A stretch of 58,379 bases of DNA from Candidatus Omnitrophota bacterium (GTDB taxonomy: Bacteria > Omnitrophota > Gorgyraeia > Zapsychrales > Fredricksoniimonadaceae), in contig CAILQW010000039.1 in assembly GCA_903836515.1 (NCBI GenBank), positions 1 through 58,379 of the forward strand. The letters run 5' to 3'. Position 1 is the first letter of the stretch. Each line of letters starts with the position of its first letter. This document shows, piece after piece, positions 44,963 to 55,474 of this stretch. The position numbers and the translations under genes are program-made. The notes under the pieces were generated by a model that was given only the letters and a program-made list of their open reading frames with translations, searched no databases and had not been told where the DNA came from.

Positions 44963-47887
44963 ATGATCTGTCGTGTTGAAATAAAAGAAAAAGACGGCGT
45001 TTTCGACGCAGCGGGGCACAGTGTCCTGCGCGATATCGCGGATCTGGGCATTGTATCCGCTTCGGATGTGCGCGTGGTACAGGTGTTTATCCTCGAAGGC
45101 GATCTGACCATCCACCAGGCCGGGCATATCGCCCGCGAGCTTTTGGTCGATGCCGTGGCGCAGGATCACCGGATCACGGACAAGCCCTCTCTCGACACGC
45201 TGGCCGGTTCCGCTTCCAGGGACGTGCGTGTTGTTGAAGTGGCGTACAATCCGGGGGTCATGGATCCTGTCGAGGCATCGACCCTCAAAGGGATCCGCGA
45301 TCTGGGGATAACCGGGGTCAGGTCCGTGCGGACGGCCCGCCAGTTCATCATCCACGGCCGACTGAGCGATAGTGAGTTGGCGCTTGTTAAAGACAAGGCG
45401 TTGATGAACAAGCTTATCCAGCATGCCGTCAAGGACCCGGCGGATGCATTTCGTCCGGTCGTGCTCGGCCATGCTGTGCAGGAGGCCCCGCATGTTCTTG
45501 CCGTACCGCTCAAGGGCCTTTCAGACAAGAAACTTGCCGCACTTTCGGCCAAAGGGCAGCTTTACCTGAACATCAACGAAATGAAAGCTATCCAGGCGTA
45601 TTTTGACGCCAAGGGACGGACGCCGACGGACATTGAACTGGAGACCATTGCCCAGACCTGGAGTGAGCACTGTCATCACAAAACTTTCCGTGGGGATATC
45701 CGTTATTCGTTCAGGCAAAAGGGCAAGGTCAAGACGGAATTTATTCACAATCTTCTCAAGGAAACCATCGTCAAGGCAACCACCACGCTCAACAAATCCT
45801 GGTGCGTTTCCGTTTTTCATGATAACGCCGGCATCGTGAAATTCGACAATGAATACAATATGTGTTTCAAGGTTGAAACCCACAACCATCCCTCTGCGCT
45901 CGAGCCGTTTGGCGGGGCGAATACGGGGGTGGGGGGAGTCATCCGTGATATCCTCGGCACCGGGCTCGGTGCCAGGCCGGTATGTAATACGGATGTCTTT
46001 TGTTTTGCGCCGCCTGATTTCCCGGCTGACAAACTGCCTTCGGGTGCCCTGCATCCCAAGCGTGTCATGAAAGGGGTGGTGAGCGGTGTTCGTGATTACG
46101 GCAACAAGATGGGGATTCCGACGGTGAACGGGGCCCTGTGTTTCCATGAACATTTTGTCGGCAATCCGCTTGTTTTTTGCGGCACCATCGGTCTTATCCC
46201 GCGCGGGCAGGATAAGAAAGCTGCCCAAAAGGGTGATCTGGTTGTCGTAGCCGGCGGGCGTACAGGCCGGGACGGCATCCATGGCGCCACGTTTTCTTCG
46301 GGTGAGCTTACCCATGAGTCAGAGGTTGTCTCCTCGGGGGCGGTGCAGATCGGCAATCCTATTGAAGAGAAAAAAGTGCTCGATGTCCTCATGCAGGCCC
46401 GTGACCAGGGGCTTTATACCGCCCTTACAGACTGCGGCGCCGGCGGGTTGTCGAGCGCGGTGGGCGAGATGGGGGAAGTGTTGGGTGCCCGCATCGATCT
46501 TGACAAAGTTCCATTGAAATATCAGGGGCTTCATTATACGGAAATATGGATCAGCGAGTCGCAGGAGCGTATGGTCATGGCGGTATCCCCGTCGAAGATC
46601 GAACGCCTTAAAGCCCTCTTTGCCTCCGAAAATGTGGATCTTGCGGTCATCGGGACTTTTACCGGGACCACGCACCTGGAGCTTTTTTATCACGGGGTCA
46701 GGGTTTGCGATCTGGATATGGCCTTCATGCACGGCGGCATTCCCAAGATCGCCAAGGAAGCCGTCTGGGAAGAACCCCGTCATAAAGAGCCGAAATTTGC
46801 ATGTGCCGCGGATCTGGCGCCAAAATTGCAGGCAGTCCTTGCCGATTACAATGTATGTTCCAAGGAAACCATCATCCGCCGTTATGATCATGAGGTCCAG
46901 GGCGGCAGTGTGGTGAAACCCCTGGTGGGGCCTGGCTGTGACGGCCCTTCCGACGCGAGTGTGGTGCGGCCGCGGCTTTCCGGGCGCCGGGGGATCGCGG
47001 TATCCAACGGCATCAACCCGCGTTTTGGCCTTGTTGATCCTTACTGGATGGCTGGCAGTGCCATTGATGAGGCTATCCGGCAGATCGTCGCTGTGGGCGG
47101 CGATATTTCCACCATCGCGATCCTGGATAATTTCTGCTGGGGGAACCCGGACAAGCCGGACCGCCTTGGCGGCCTGGTACGTGCGGCCAAGGGGTGCCAT
47201 GATTTTGCGGTGGCTTACGGGACGCCGTACATTTCCGGCAAGGATAGTTTTTACAATGAATATACCGATAAGGGGCGGTCGATCGCGGTTCCTGGCACCC
47301 TGCTTATTTCGGCCATGGCTATTGTCCGTGATGTGGCGAAGTCTGTGACCATGGATTTCAAGCGGCCGGGAAGCCTGATTTATGTCGTCGGTAAGACATA
47401 TGACGAGTGGGGCGGATCGGTGTATCTGAAAACTTTTGGCGCCATTGGAACGGCTGTTCCGCATGTTCGGCCTGCTGACGCGCGGGCGGCCTATGCCGCG
47501 CTTTCCGGCGCAATTCGGCGCAGTCTGGTCCTGGCCGCGCATGATTGTTCCGAAGGGGGGCTTGCGGTGGCGCTGGCCGAGATGGCGTTTGCCGGCGGGT
47601 TCGGCGCCAATGCTATCCTCAAGTCGGTTCCTTTCCAGGCGCGCGAGGCCCATGCCCGGCGTGACGACATGATCCTGTTTGCAGAGTCAAATTCACGTCT
47701 TCTCGTCGAGGTTGATCCACGTCACCAGAAAGCTTTCGAACGCGCGATGGCCGGCGTTCCTCTTGGGTTGATCGGCCGGGTGCAGGAGACGCCGGAGCTT
47801 TTTGTTTACGGCTTGAGAGACAACCTTTGCCTCAAGGCAGATGTGCATGCGTTAAAGGAAGCCTGGAAGAAACCGTTACAATTTTAG
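44963..47887 (+). CDS. purL: FGAM synthase PurL with two N-terminal PurS-like domains
   Basis: QTWSEHC.HK, KVETHNHP, GRDGIHGA, DCGAGG, SESQER, DNFCWGNP, SGKDS, HDCSEGG; no glutaminase domain. Confidence 0.95.
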   Translation: MICRVEIKEKDGVFDAAGHSVLRDIADLGIVSASDVRVVQVFILEGDLTIHQAGHIARELLVDAVAQDHRITDKPSLDTLAGSASRDVRVVEVAYNPGVMDPVEASTLKGIRDLGITGVRSVRTARQFIIHGRLSDSELALVKDKALMNKLIQHAVKDPADAFRPVVLGHAVQEAPHVLAVPLKGLSDKKLAALSAKGQLYLNINEMKAIQAYFDAKGRTPTDIELETIAQTWSEHCHHKTFRGDIRYSFRQKGKVKTEFIHNLLKETIVKATTTLNKSWCVSVFHDNAGIVKFDNEYNMCFKVETHNHPSALEPFGGANTGVGGVIRDILGTGLGARPVCNTDVFCFAPPDFPADKLPSGALHPKRVMKGVVSGVRDYGNKMGIPTVNGALCFHEHFVGNPLVFCGTIGLIPRGQDKKAAQKGDLVVVAGGRTGRDGIHGATFSSGELTHESEVVSSGAVQIGNPIEEKKVLDVLMQARDQGLYTALTDCGAGGLSSAVGEMGEVLGARIDLDKVPLKYQGLHYTEIWISESQERMVMAVSPSKIERLKALFASENVDLAVIGTFTGTTHLELFYHGVRVCDLDMAFMHGGIPKIAKEAVWEEPRHKEPKFACAADLAPKLQAVLADYNVCSKETIIRRYDHEVQGGSVVKPLVGPGCDGPSDASVVRPRLSGRRGIAVSNGINPRFGLVDPYWMAGSAIDEAIRQIVAVGGDISTIAILDNFCWGNPDKPDRLGGLVRAAKGCHDFAVAYGTPYISGKDSFYNEYTDKGRSIAVPGTLLISAMAIVRDVAKSVTMDFKRPGSLIYVVGKTYDEWGGSVYLKTFGAIGTAVPHVRPADARAAYAALSGAIRRSLVLAAHDCSEGGLAVALAEMAFAGGFGANAILKSVPFQAREAHARRDDMILFAESNSRLLVEVDPRHQKAFERAMAGVPLGLIGRVQETPELFVYGLRDNLCLKADVHALKEAWKKPLQF

Positions 47888-47896
47888 CGAGGGGTC

Positions 47897-48565
47897 ATGG
47901 GCAAGAAAAACGAGGGGTCAGCCGCTGATTTCTACGAGATGGATCAGTGGCGTATTTTTCGTATCATGGCGGAATTTGTGGAAGGTTTCGACAGTCTTCA
48001 CAACGTGGATAACGGGGTCACCATTTTTGGCTCCGCGCGCCTCAAACCCAACCACAAGATGTACCAGCTCGCGGAACAGACCGCCCAGCTTCTCGCCGAG
48101 AATGGTTATGCGGTGATTACGGGGGGCGGGCCCGGCATCATGGAGGCGGGCAACCGCGGGGCATTCATGGCCAAGGGTGAATCAATCGGGCTGAACATCG
48201 AGCTTCCCTTCGAGCAGAAGCCGAATCCTTTTATCCGTACGCTTGTCAATTTTCATTATTTCTTCTGCCGCAAGGTCATGTTCGTCAAATACGCCAAAGC
48301 GGTCATTGTTTTTCCGGGCGGGTTCGGGACACTTGATGAGCTGTTTGAAAGCCTGACCCTGGTCCAGACGGGCCGTATGCCCAAGGTTCCGGTTATTCTG
48401 TTTGGCAGTTATTACTGGAAAGGCCTTGAGGTGTGGATCAAGGATAAATTGCTCGCCGAGCACTGCATCGACGACAGCGATCTTTATCTTTATCACATGG
48501 TGGATGATCCTGAGGATGTGCTGAAGGTCATCAAGAACTTTTACAAGAAGAACAAGGCGAAATAG
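47897..48565 (+). CDS. LOG family (TIGR00730) nucleotide phosphoribohydrolase
   Basis: FGSAR, TGGGPGIM, FF.RK, PGGFGTLDE. Confidence 0.92.
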   Translation: MGKKNEGSAADFYEMDQWRIFRIMAEFVEGFDSLHNVDNGVTIFGSARLKPNHKMYQLAEQTAQLLAENGYAVITGGGPGIMEAGNRGAFMAKGESIGLNIELPFEQKPNPFIRTLVNFHYFFCRKVMFVKYAKAVIVFPGGFGTLDELFESLTLVQTGRMPKVPVILFGSYYWKGLEVWIKDKLLAEHCIDDSDLYLYHMVDDPEDVLKVIKNFYKKNKAK

Positions 48566-48568
48566 CCG

Positions 48569-49384
48569 ATGTCCAGAAAAGTACGGGTCCTGGTCCTGCG
48601 CACGGCGGGGACCAATTGCAATGTGGAAACAGCCTTTGCCTTCGAGCACAGCGGCGCGTCCGTGGATCAGGTGCATCTCGAACGCCTGTTTGCCGGCGAT
48701 GTCAAGATGGCGGATTATCATATTTTGGCTTTGCCGGGCGGGTTCAGTTACGGGGACGATATCGCCTCGGGCCGTATTTTTGCCAACGAGTTGAGGCTTC
48801 GCCTCGGCCAGGATATCGCGCGGTTTATCCGGGACAGGAAGCTTGTGATCGGTATTTGCAACGGATTTCAGATCCTGGTCAAGGCAGGTATCCTGCCGGG
48901 GCCTTTTACACCGGGGACAGGCGTGTCTCAGACTGTGACGCTCACCAATAATGATTCCGGGAAATTTGAGGATCGTTGGACGCACCTTAAGGTTGAAGGC
49001 AAAAGTGTGTGGACCCAGGGGCTTAAGGACCTGATCTATATTCCTGTCGCGCACGGGGAAGGGAAGTTCATTCCTGCAAGCGACCGGGTCATGAAGGCGC
49101 TGCAGGCCCAGGGCCAGGTGGTTTTCCGGTATGTTCGTGCCGACGGCACACGCGGTGGATATCCGGAAAATCCCAACGGGGCCGTGGATGATGTGGCAGG
49201 GATTACCGATGTGACAGGCCGGGTGCTGGGGCTCATGCCTCATCCGGAACGGCATTTTCTTTTGACCCAGCATCCCTTCTGGACACGTCTCAAGGCCGAG
49301 GGTGGGCGTGATCGCGGTGTCCTGGGTGATGGCGCAAAAATTTTCGAGAACGGCGTCAATTATGTGAAAGAGAATCTTTTGTGA
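48569..49384 (+). CDS. purQ: FGAM synthase glutaminase subunit
   Basis: GTNC, PGGFSYGD, GICNGFQIL, AHGEG, NPNG, MPHPER. Confidence 0.96.
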   Translation: MSRKVRVLVLRTAGTNCNVETAFAFEHSGASVDQVHLERLFAGDVKMADYHILALPGGFSYGDDIASGRIFANELRLRLGQDIARFIRDRKLVIGICNGFQILVKAGILPGPFTPGTGVSQTVTLTNNDSGKFEDRWTHLKVEGKSVWTQGLKDLIYIPVAHGEGKFIPASDRVMKALQAQGQVVFRYVRADGTRGGYPENPNGAVDDVAGITDVTGRVLGLMPHPERHFLLTQHPFWTRLKAEGGRDRGVLGDGAKIFENGVNYVKENLL

Positions 49385-50385
49385 AGAAGAAAAAATTGAC
49401 TTACAAGGACAGTGGTGTCGATATCCGCAAGGCGGATGCGTTTGTGGCTGCCATCAAGGGGCTGGTGAGTTCAACCCGCAAGCCGGGTGTCATGGACAAA
49501 ACCAGGGCTTTCGGGTCTCTCTTCGCCCTGCCCAAGGGGTATAAAGAACCGGTTCTTGTCGCATCCACGGACGGGGTGGGCACGAAATTGCTCGTGGCCA
49601 ACCATGTGGGCCGGCACGATACCGTGGGTATCGATCTTGTCGCGATGAACGTCAATGATGTCCTGTGTGTCGGGGCAAGGCCCTTGTTTTTCCTGGATTA
49701 TGTGGCTTGCGGCAAGGTAGACAAAAAGCTTTTGGTTGATGTGATGAAGGGGATCACCGAGGGGTGCCGTCAGGCCGATTGCGCCTTGATCGGCGGAGAG
49801 ACGGCTGAAATGCCGGGCATGTACCGGGAAAAAGATTATGACCTCGCCGGTTTTACTGTCGGCGTCGTTGAAAGGTCGCAGATCATTGACGGCTCCAGGA
49901 TTGTGCCGGGAGATGTGGTGATCGGCCTGCCTTCCAGCGGTGTCCATTCCAACGGTTATTCCCTGGTGCGCCGGGTTTTTAGTCCGGCGGAGCAGAAAAA
50001 GTTCGCGAAGCTCATCATGGAGCCGACGCGGATTTATGTGAAGAATATCCTGCCCCTGGTGGGGAAGTTCGATATCCACGGCATGGCCCACAATACCGGC
50101 GGTGCTTTCTACGAAAAATTGACAAAATGCCTGCCCGAGCGCTGTGCGCTGGCCATCCGCAAGGGGGCGTGGCCGGTACCCGAGATATTCAGCCTGATCA
50201 TGGGGAAAGCGGATATCGCCGAGCGCGAGCTTTACCGCACCTTTAATATGGGGATTGGGTTCATCGTGGTGGTGAAGGCCAAAGATACAGAGCCGGTACG
50301 CTCTGCCTTGAGGAAAACAGGAATGCCTTCGTATGTGATCGGTGAGGTGGTCCGGCGCCGCGAAGAGAAATTAGAGTTGATATGA
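49381..50385 (+). CDS. purM: AIR synthase
   Basis: YKDSGVD, TDGVGTK, GIDLVAM, GGETAEMP, SSGVHSNGYSL, TFNMGIG. Confidence 0.97.
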   Translation: MKKKKLTYKDSGVDIRKADAFVAAIKGLVSSTRKPGVMDKTRAFGSLFALPKGYKEPVLVASTDGVGTKLLVANHVGRHDTVGIDLVAMNVNDVLCVGARPLFFLDYVACGKVDKKLLVDVMKGITEGCRQADCALIGGETAEMPGMYREKDYDLAGFTVGVVERSQIIDGSRIVPGDVVIGLPSSGVHSNGYSLVRRVFSPAEQKKFAKLIMEPTRIYVKNILPLVGKFDIHGMAHNTGGAFYEKLTKCLPERCALAIRKGAWPVPEIFSLIMGKADIAERELYRTFNMGIGFIVVVKAKDTEPVRSALRKTGMPSYVIGEVVRRREEKLELI

Positions 50386-51650
50386 AAATACTGGTTATTG
50401 GTTCGGGCGGCCGTGAACATGCCCTTGTCTGGAAGATCAAACAGAGTCCCCGGGTGAGCAGGATCTTTTGTGCGCCGGGCAACGGCGGAATTGCGGAAAT
50501 TGCCGAGTGCGTGGACATCAAGGCCGATGATATCCTGGGCCTGGCTGATTTTGCACAGGCCCAGGGGATCGATCTCACGGTGGTGGGGCCCGAAGTCCCT
50601 CTTGTCGCGGGGATTGTCGATCTCTTTGAAGAGGAAGGCCTCAAGATTTTCGGACCTTCGCAGGCCGCAGCACGCCTGGAGGGCAGCAAGGTTTTCGCCA
50701 AGAATTTTATGAAGCGCTGGGAAATCCCGACGGCGCGGTATGCGGCGTTCAGCGATGAGAAGGCCGCGCTGGCGCATCTGGCGGGCCACACCTATCCGCT
50801 GGTGGTCAAGGCCGCCGGGCTTGCCGCCGGGAAGGGCGTTATCATTTGCCGGAATCAGGTGGAAGCGGAGGATGCCGTGCGCCGCATCATGTCCGGGAAT
50901 ATGTTCAAGGATGCGGGGAAAAGCCTTGTGATCGAGGATTTTCTCGAGGGCGAAGAAGCGTCGATCCTGGCGATATCCGACGGCAAGGATTTTCTGCTCC
51001 TGGAATCGTCCCAGGATCATAAACGTATTTTTGACAACGATGAAGGCCCCAATACCGGCGGGATGGGGGCCTATTCTCCGGCTCCCGTCGTTACAGATGC
51101 GTTGTCGCGTCAGATCGCGGACACTGTTATCCGGCCCCTTATTGAAGGCATGGCGGACGAGGGGGCCCCGTTCAAGGGGGTTCTTTACGTGGGTATTATG
51201 GTGACGCAGGACGGGCCCAGGGTCCTCGAGTTCAATACCCGTTTCGGCGATCCGGAAACGCAGGCTGTTTTGCCCCGGCTCAAGTCAGATCTGGTCGATG
51301 TGATGCTGGCTTCCGTGGACGGGCGTGTGGCAGGCATGGTGTTGGAGTGGGATCCGCGTGCATGTGTGTGTGTGGTCATGGCCGCGGGCGGTTATCCGGG
51401 GGATTATGCCGTCGGGGCGCCCATCAGCGGTCTGGACAAGGTTTCCGCGGGTGCGGTTGTTTTTCATGCGGGCACCCGCAAAGACACTACGGCGCTCGTT
51501 ACGTCGGGAGGGCGCGTGCTGGGCGTGACCGCGATGGGTGAGGATGTTGCTAAAGCCATTGTACATGTTTATGCCGAGATCAAGAAGATCACCTATGAGG
51601 GCATGCATTTCCGCCGGGATATCGGCCGGAAGGCTATAGGCCGGCACTGA
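50382..51650 (+). CDS. purD: Phosphoribosylamine--glycine ligase
   Basis: GSGGREHA, GPEVPL, LEGSK, QDHKR, GPNTGGMG, EFNTRFGDPE, GGRVL. Confidence 0.97.
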   Translation: MKILVIGSGGREHALVWKIKQSPRVSRIFCAPGNGGIAEIAECVDIKADDILGLADFAQAQGIDLTVVGPEVPLVAGIVDLFEEEGLKIFGPSQAAARLEGSKVFAKNFMKRWEIPTARYAAFSDEKAALAHLAGHTYPLVVKAAGLAAGKGVIICRNQVEAEDAVRRIMSGNMFKDAGKSLVIEDFLEGEEASILAISDGKDFLLLESSQDHKRIFDNDEGPNTGGMGAYSPAPVVTDALSRQIADTVIRPLIEGMADEGAPFKGVLYVGIMVTQDGPRVLEFNTRFGDPETQAVLPRLKSDLVDVMLASVDGRVAGMVLEWDPRACVCVVMAAGGYPGDYAVGAPISGLDKVSAGAVVFHAGTRKDTTALVTSGGRVLGVTAMGEDVAKAIVHVYAEIKKITYEGMHFRRDIGRKAIGRH

Positions 51651-51686
51651 CACACAGGGGTTTGACTGTTGCCAAGGAGGGGTCGC

Positions 51687-52163
51687 ATGGGAACAATACA
51701 GGTTGCCCTGATGATGGGCAGCAAAAATGATATGCCGGTCGTGGAAGAAACGGCCAAAATGCTCGGGCATTTTGGCATAGTCCATGAAACCAAGGTGCTT
51801 TCGGCGCATCGCACGCCGCGGGAGACAGCGGCTTATGCCGCCGCCCTGGCCGGACGAGGGGTTAAGGTCGTTATTTGTGCGGCGGGAGGGTCGGCGGCGC
51901 TGGCCGGTGTTGTCGCGGCGCATACCCATCTGCCGGTGATTGGCATTCCGCTCGATTCGATGGGGTTCAACGGGCTTGATGCCCTTTTGTCGACCATCCA
52001 GATGCCGCCGGGAGTTCCGGTGGCAGGTGTGGGTATCGGCAAGCCGGGCGCCAAGAATGCCGCGCTGGTCGCGGTCCGTATCCTCGCCCTGTCAGACAAG
52101 AACCTTGTGCGGCAGCTGGAAGCGTATACCCAAGACCAGGCCGAGAAGATATTGAAGGGATAG
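51687..52163 (+). CDS. purE: N5-CAIR mutase / AIR carboxylase
   Basis: MGS..D, SAHRTP, AG..AAL.GV, PVIGIP, QMPPGVPV. Confidence 0.96.
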   Translation: MGTIQVALMMGSKNDMPVVEETAKMLGHFGIVHETKVLSAHRTPRETAAYAAALAGRGVKVVICAAGGSAALAGVVAAHTHLPVIGIPLDSMGFNGLDALLSTIQMPPGVPVAGVGIGKPGAKNAALVAVRILALSDKNLVRQLEAYTQDQAEKILKG

Positions 52164-52196
52164 CGCGAAAGTCCCTGCGAACGCCGAGGACCGTCT

Positions 52197-53261
52197 GTGA
52201 AAACAAAAGTTGTCAGGATCAACCCAAAGGTTCCCGAAGCGGATCTTGTCCTGGACGCCGCCCGCCTGGTGCATGAGGGCGGCCTTGTTATTTTTCCAAC
52301 GGAGACGGTCTACGGGATCGCTGCTGATCATGCCAACCCCCAGGCGATGCGGCGATTGCGCGACGTGAAGAAGCGTTCCGCCGACAAGCCTTTTTCCGTG
52401 ATGATCGCCCAGAAGGAACTGATCCGTAATTACACGGATTACGATGACCCTAAACTTTTCAAGCTCATTGACCGCTATTGGCCCGGTCCGTTGACTGTTA
52501 TCGTTCCCACGGGAAGATCCGGGGGGACGCTGGGCATCCGCATCCCGGATCATCCGGTGGCCGCCCAGCTGGTGGCGAATGCCCATTGTACGGTTGCGGC
52601 GCCTTCCGCCAATCTTGAGGGGGCTCCTGCACCGACGACCTGTGAGGAGGCCTTGCGCGATTTGGACGGCCTGGTTGACCTGGCCATCGACAGCGGGCGT
52701 GTGGATATCGGGACCGCGTCGACCATTGTTGATTTTACCCGTGGTATTCCGTCGGTGGTGCGGCCGGGGGCTATTTCTCCTGCTGAGGTAAAACAGATCA
52801 CGGAACGTCCGCATGTGCTTTTTGTGTGCACCGGCAACAGTTGCCGTTCGGTGATGGCCGAGTATCTTTTCAAGAAGATGCTTAAGGACCGTCCGGATAT
52901 TACGGTCGCATCTGCCGGAACAGGAGTCTATTTTCAGGGATCCGCGAGCAGCGAAGCGCTCAAGGTTCTCCGGGAAGAAGGGATCGACGCCTACGGGCAT
53001 GTTTCCCAGCCCGTGACGAACATGCTGTTGAAAAAGTCAGACCTTGTTTTTGTCATGACGCGCGCGCACCGCAGCCAGGTCCTGGAACGCGTGCCGGGGG
53101 TTGAAAAAAGGGTCTATCTGCTGGGGGAATTCTCCAGCCGCAAGGTGCATCATGAGCGTGACCTGGATATCCCGGATCCGATCGGCAAAGCCCATAGTGA
53201 ATATCAAGAATGCCTCCGGGTGATTCAGGATTGCCTGGGGCGTATCAGGGAACTGGTGTGA
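52197..53261 (+). CDS. Fusion of threonylcarbamoyl-AMP synthase (TsaC/YrdC) and LMW protein phosphatase (YwlE-like)
   Basis: PTETVYG, K.R...KP, WPGPLT, PSAN, ASTIVD; then FVCTGNSCRS, SAG, DIPDPIG. Confidence 0.9.
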   Translation: MKTKVVRINPKVPEADLVLDAARLVHEGGLVIFPTETVYGIAADHANPQAMRRLRDVKKRSADKPFSVMIAQKELIRNYTDYDDPKLFKLIDRYWPGPLTVIVPTGRSGGTLGIRIPDHPVAAQLVANAHCTVAAPSANLEGAPAPTTCEEALRDLDGLVDLAIDSGRVDIGTASTIVDFTRGIPSVVRPGAISPAEVKQITERPHVLFVCTGNSCRSVMAEYLFKKMLKDRPDITVASAGTGVYFQGSASSEALKVLREEGIDAYGHVSQPVTNMLLKKSDLVFVMTRAHRSQVLERVPGVEKRVYLLGEFSSRKVHHERDLDIPDPIGKAHSEYQECLRVIQDCLGRIRELV

Positions 53262-53268
53262 GGTTAAG

Positions 53269-53742
53269 ATGACAAAAGGAAGAAGCCCCATTTTTATCGG
53301 TGCGGATCATCGCGGGTTTGCGTTGAAGGCAGAGATCGCAGCTTTTCTGAAAACGCTTGGCCATGAGGTCATTGACGCCGGGACGTATGAAGAAGAGCCC
53401 TGCGATTACCCGGTGATCGCCTACGAGGTGGCTTCTCAGGTTGCCCGCATGAAGAAGGCGCGCGGGATACTGGTGTGCATGAGCGGGATCGGGCATTCCA
53501 TTGCCGCGAACAAAGTGCCGGGGGCCTATGCCGCGCTTTGTTATAATAAAGAAGCGGCGATGCTTTCGCGCCAGCATAACAATGCCAATATCCTTGTCCT
53601 GGGGGCGAAATTCGTTTCCCGCCGGGAGATGTTCGCGATCATCCGGGTTTGGCTGTCGACAGCATTCGAGGGGGGGCGGCATTTGCGCCGGATCCGGCAG
53701 ATCAAGGCGATGGAGCGGAAACTTTTCAAGGCTTTTCAATAA
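53269..53742 (+). CDS. rpiB: Ribose-5-phosphate isomerase B
   Basis: GADHRG, DYP, C.SGIG, ANKVPG, HNNAN, FEGGRH.RR. Confidence 0.95.
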   Translation: MTKGRSPIFIGADHRGFALKAEIAAFLKTLGHEVIDAGTYEEEPCDYPVIAYEVASQVARMKKARGILVCMSGIGHSIAANKVPGAYAALCYNKEAAMLSRQHNNANILVLGAKFVSRREMFAIIRVWLSTAFEGGRHLRRIRQIKAMERKLFKAFQ

Positions 53743-53752
53743 CGGAGTGGCC

Positions 53753-54997
53753 ATGACTTATCTTCAGAAAGCAGACCAGGATGTTTTTAACGCGATCCAG
53801 CGCGAGCTTGGACGGCAGAAGGAAAATCTGGAACTTATTGCGTCGGAAAATATTGTTTCGCAAGCGGTGATGGAAGCGATGGGGTCGGTCCTGACGAATA
53901 AATACGCCGAAGGGTACCCCTCGGCACGCTGGTATAACGGGTGTGAACATGTTGATACGGTCGAACAGCTGGCCATCGACCGGTTAAAACAGTTGTTTGG
54001 CGCCGATCATGCCAATGTCCAGCCTCATTCGGGGTCCCAGGCCAATACCGCTGTTTTTCTGGCGGCACTCAAGCCCGGCGATACGCTGATGGGGCTTGAC
54101 CTGGCGTGCGGCGGACATTTGACACATGGGCTTAAGATCAATATTTCAGGACGCCTCTATAATATCGTGTCTTATAAAGTGGATCCCCTGACCGAGCGTA
54201 TCGATATGGACGAGGTCGAACGCATCGCGCTGGAACATAAACCCAAAATGATCATTGCCGGATATTCCGCGTATTCACGCGTCCTGGATTTCAAACGTTT
54301 CCGTGAGATCTGCGACAAGGTGGGTGCCTATCTTTTTGTGGATATGGCCCATTTTGCAGGATTGGTGGCGGCAGGCCTGCATCCTAATCCCGTGCCGTAC
54401 GCCGAGTTTGTGACGTCCACAACGCACAAGACCCTCCGGGGGCCGCGCGGCGGCATCATCCTGTGCCGTCAGGAATTTGCCAAGAAGATCGATAGCGCGA
54501 TATTCCCCGGGATCCAGGGAGGACCTTTGATGCATGTTATTGCCGGCAAGGCGGTGGCATTCAAGGAGGCGCTGGCCCCCGCGTTTAAAGCGTACCAGCA
54601 GCAGGTTGTTGCCAATGCGAAAACTTTTGCCGCAGTGCTGGAGAAGCGGGGTTTCCGCATTGTTTCCGGCGGGACCGATAATCATCTTTTTATGGTGGAC
54701 CTGCGCCCCAAGAATATCACGGGTAAGGATGCGGCCACGCTCCTGGATACGGTGCGGATCACGGTCAACAAGAATCTGATCCCTTTTGATCCTCAGTTGC
54801 CTACGGTGACAAGCGGGATACGTATCGGCACGCCCGCGATCACGACCCGCGGGTTAAAAGAAGCCGAGATGGATCTGGTGGCGGACTTTATTGACCGGGC
54901 GATCATGCACCGCGACGATGCCCTCGCGCTTGACAAGGTGCGCGCCGGTGTTGTGGAACTCACACGGCAGTTTCCGATTTATCAAGGCCTGGCCTGA
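53753..54997 (+). CDS. glyA: Serine hydroxymethyltransferase
   Basis: [55 protein letters not shown]; start moved to ATG 53753. Confidence 0.97.
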   Translation: MTYLQKADQDVFNAIQRELGRQKENLELIASENIVSQAVMEAMGSVLTNKYAEGYPSARWYNGCEHVDTVEQLAIDRLKQLFGADHANVQPHSGSQANTAVFLAALKPGDTLMGLDLACGGHLTHGLKINISGRLYNIVSYKVDPLTERIDMDEVERIALEHKPKMIIAGYSAYSRVLDFKRFREICDKVGAYLFVDMAHFAGLVAAGLHPNPVPYAEFVTSTTHKTLRGPRGGIILCRQEFAKKIDSAIFPGIQGGPLMHVIAGKAVAFKEALAPAFKAYQQQVVANAKTFAAVLEKRGFRIVSGGTDNHLFMVDLRPKNITGKDAATLLDTVRITVNKNLIPFDPQLPTVTSGIRIGTPAITTRGLKEAEMDLVADFIDRAIMHRDDALALDKVRAGVVELTRQFPIYQGLA

Positions 54998-55000
54998 GAC

Positions 55001-55474
55001 ATGAAATGTCCTGCGTGCGCTTACAAGGAGACCAAGGTCATTGATTCGCGCATGAACGCGGAGGGGACATCTATCCGCCGCCGTCGCGAGTGCCTGAAGT
55101 GTTTCAAGCGTTTTACGACGCATGAGTATATCGAGCATGTGTCCCTGATGGTTGTCAAGAAAGACGGCCGCCGTCAGGCGTATGACCGCGCGCGCATCAT
55201 CAATGGCATGATCAAGGCCTGTGAAAAACGCCCTATCGGCATGGTTCAGATCGAGAATATCGCCATGGAGATCGAGCGCGAACTTCAGAAGCGCTATGAC
55301 CGCGAAGTTGATTCGGCGGTGATCGGCGAACAGATCATGGAAAAACTGTACGGTCTTGATGAAGTCGCCTATGTCCGTTTTGCCTCTGTATACCGTCAGT
55401 TCCGTGACGTGAGCCATTTCATGGATGAGATCAAGGGTATCCTGGAGCGTGAAAAAGTGAAGGGCCGGCCATGA
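55001..55474 (+). CDS. nrdR: Transcriptional repressor NrdR
   Basis: MKCP.C, V.DSR, IRRRREC..C..RFTT.E, ATP cone, AYVRFASVY. Confidence 0.97.
   Translation: MKCPACAYKETKVIDSRMNAEGTSIRRRRECLKCFKRFTTHEYIEHVSLMVVKKDGRRQAYDRARIINGMIKACEKRPIGMVQIENIAMEIERELQKRYDREVDSAVIGEQIMEKLYGLDEVAYVRFASVYRQFRDVSHFMDEIKGILEREKVKGRP

Noticed and set aside
42895-51929. Long antisense ORFs such as 42895-43833, 46319-47653 and 48182-49273
   Set aside because: Opposite well-conserved pur genes; explained by GC-rich codon bias, no motifs.
53501-53752. 84-aa N-terminal extension of GlyA in the ORF track
   Set aside because: Overlaps rpiB; ATG 53753 has a GGAG RBS and gives a normal-length enzyme.
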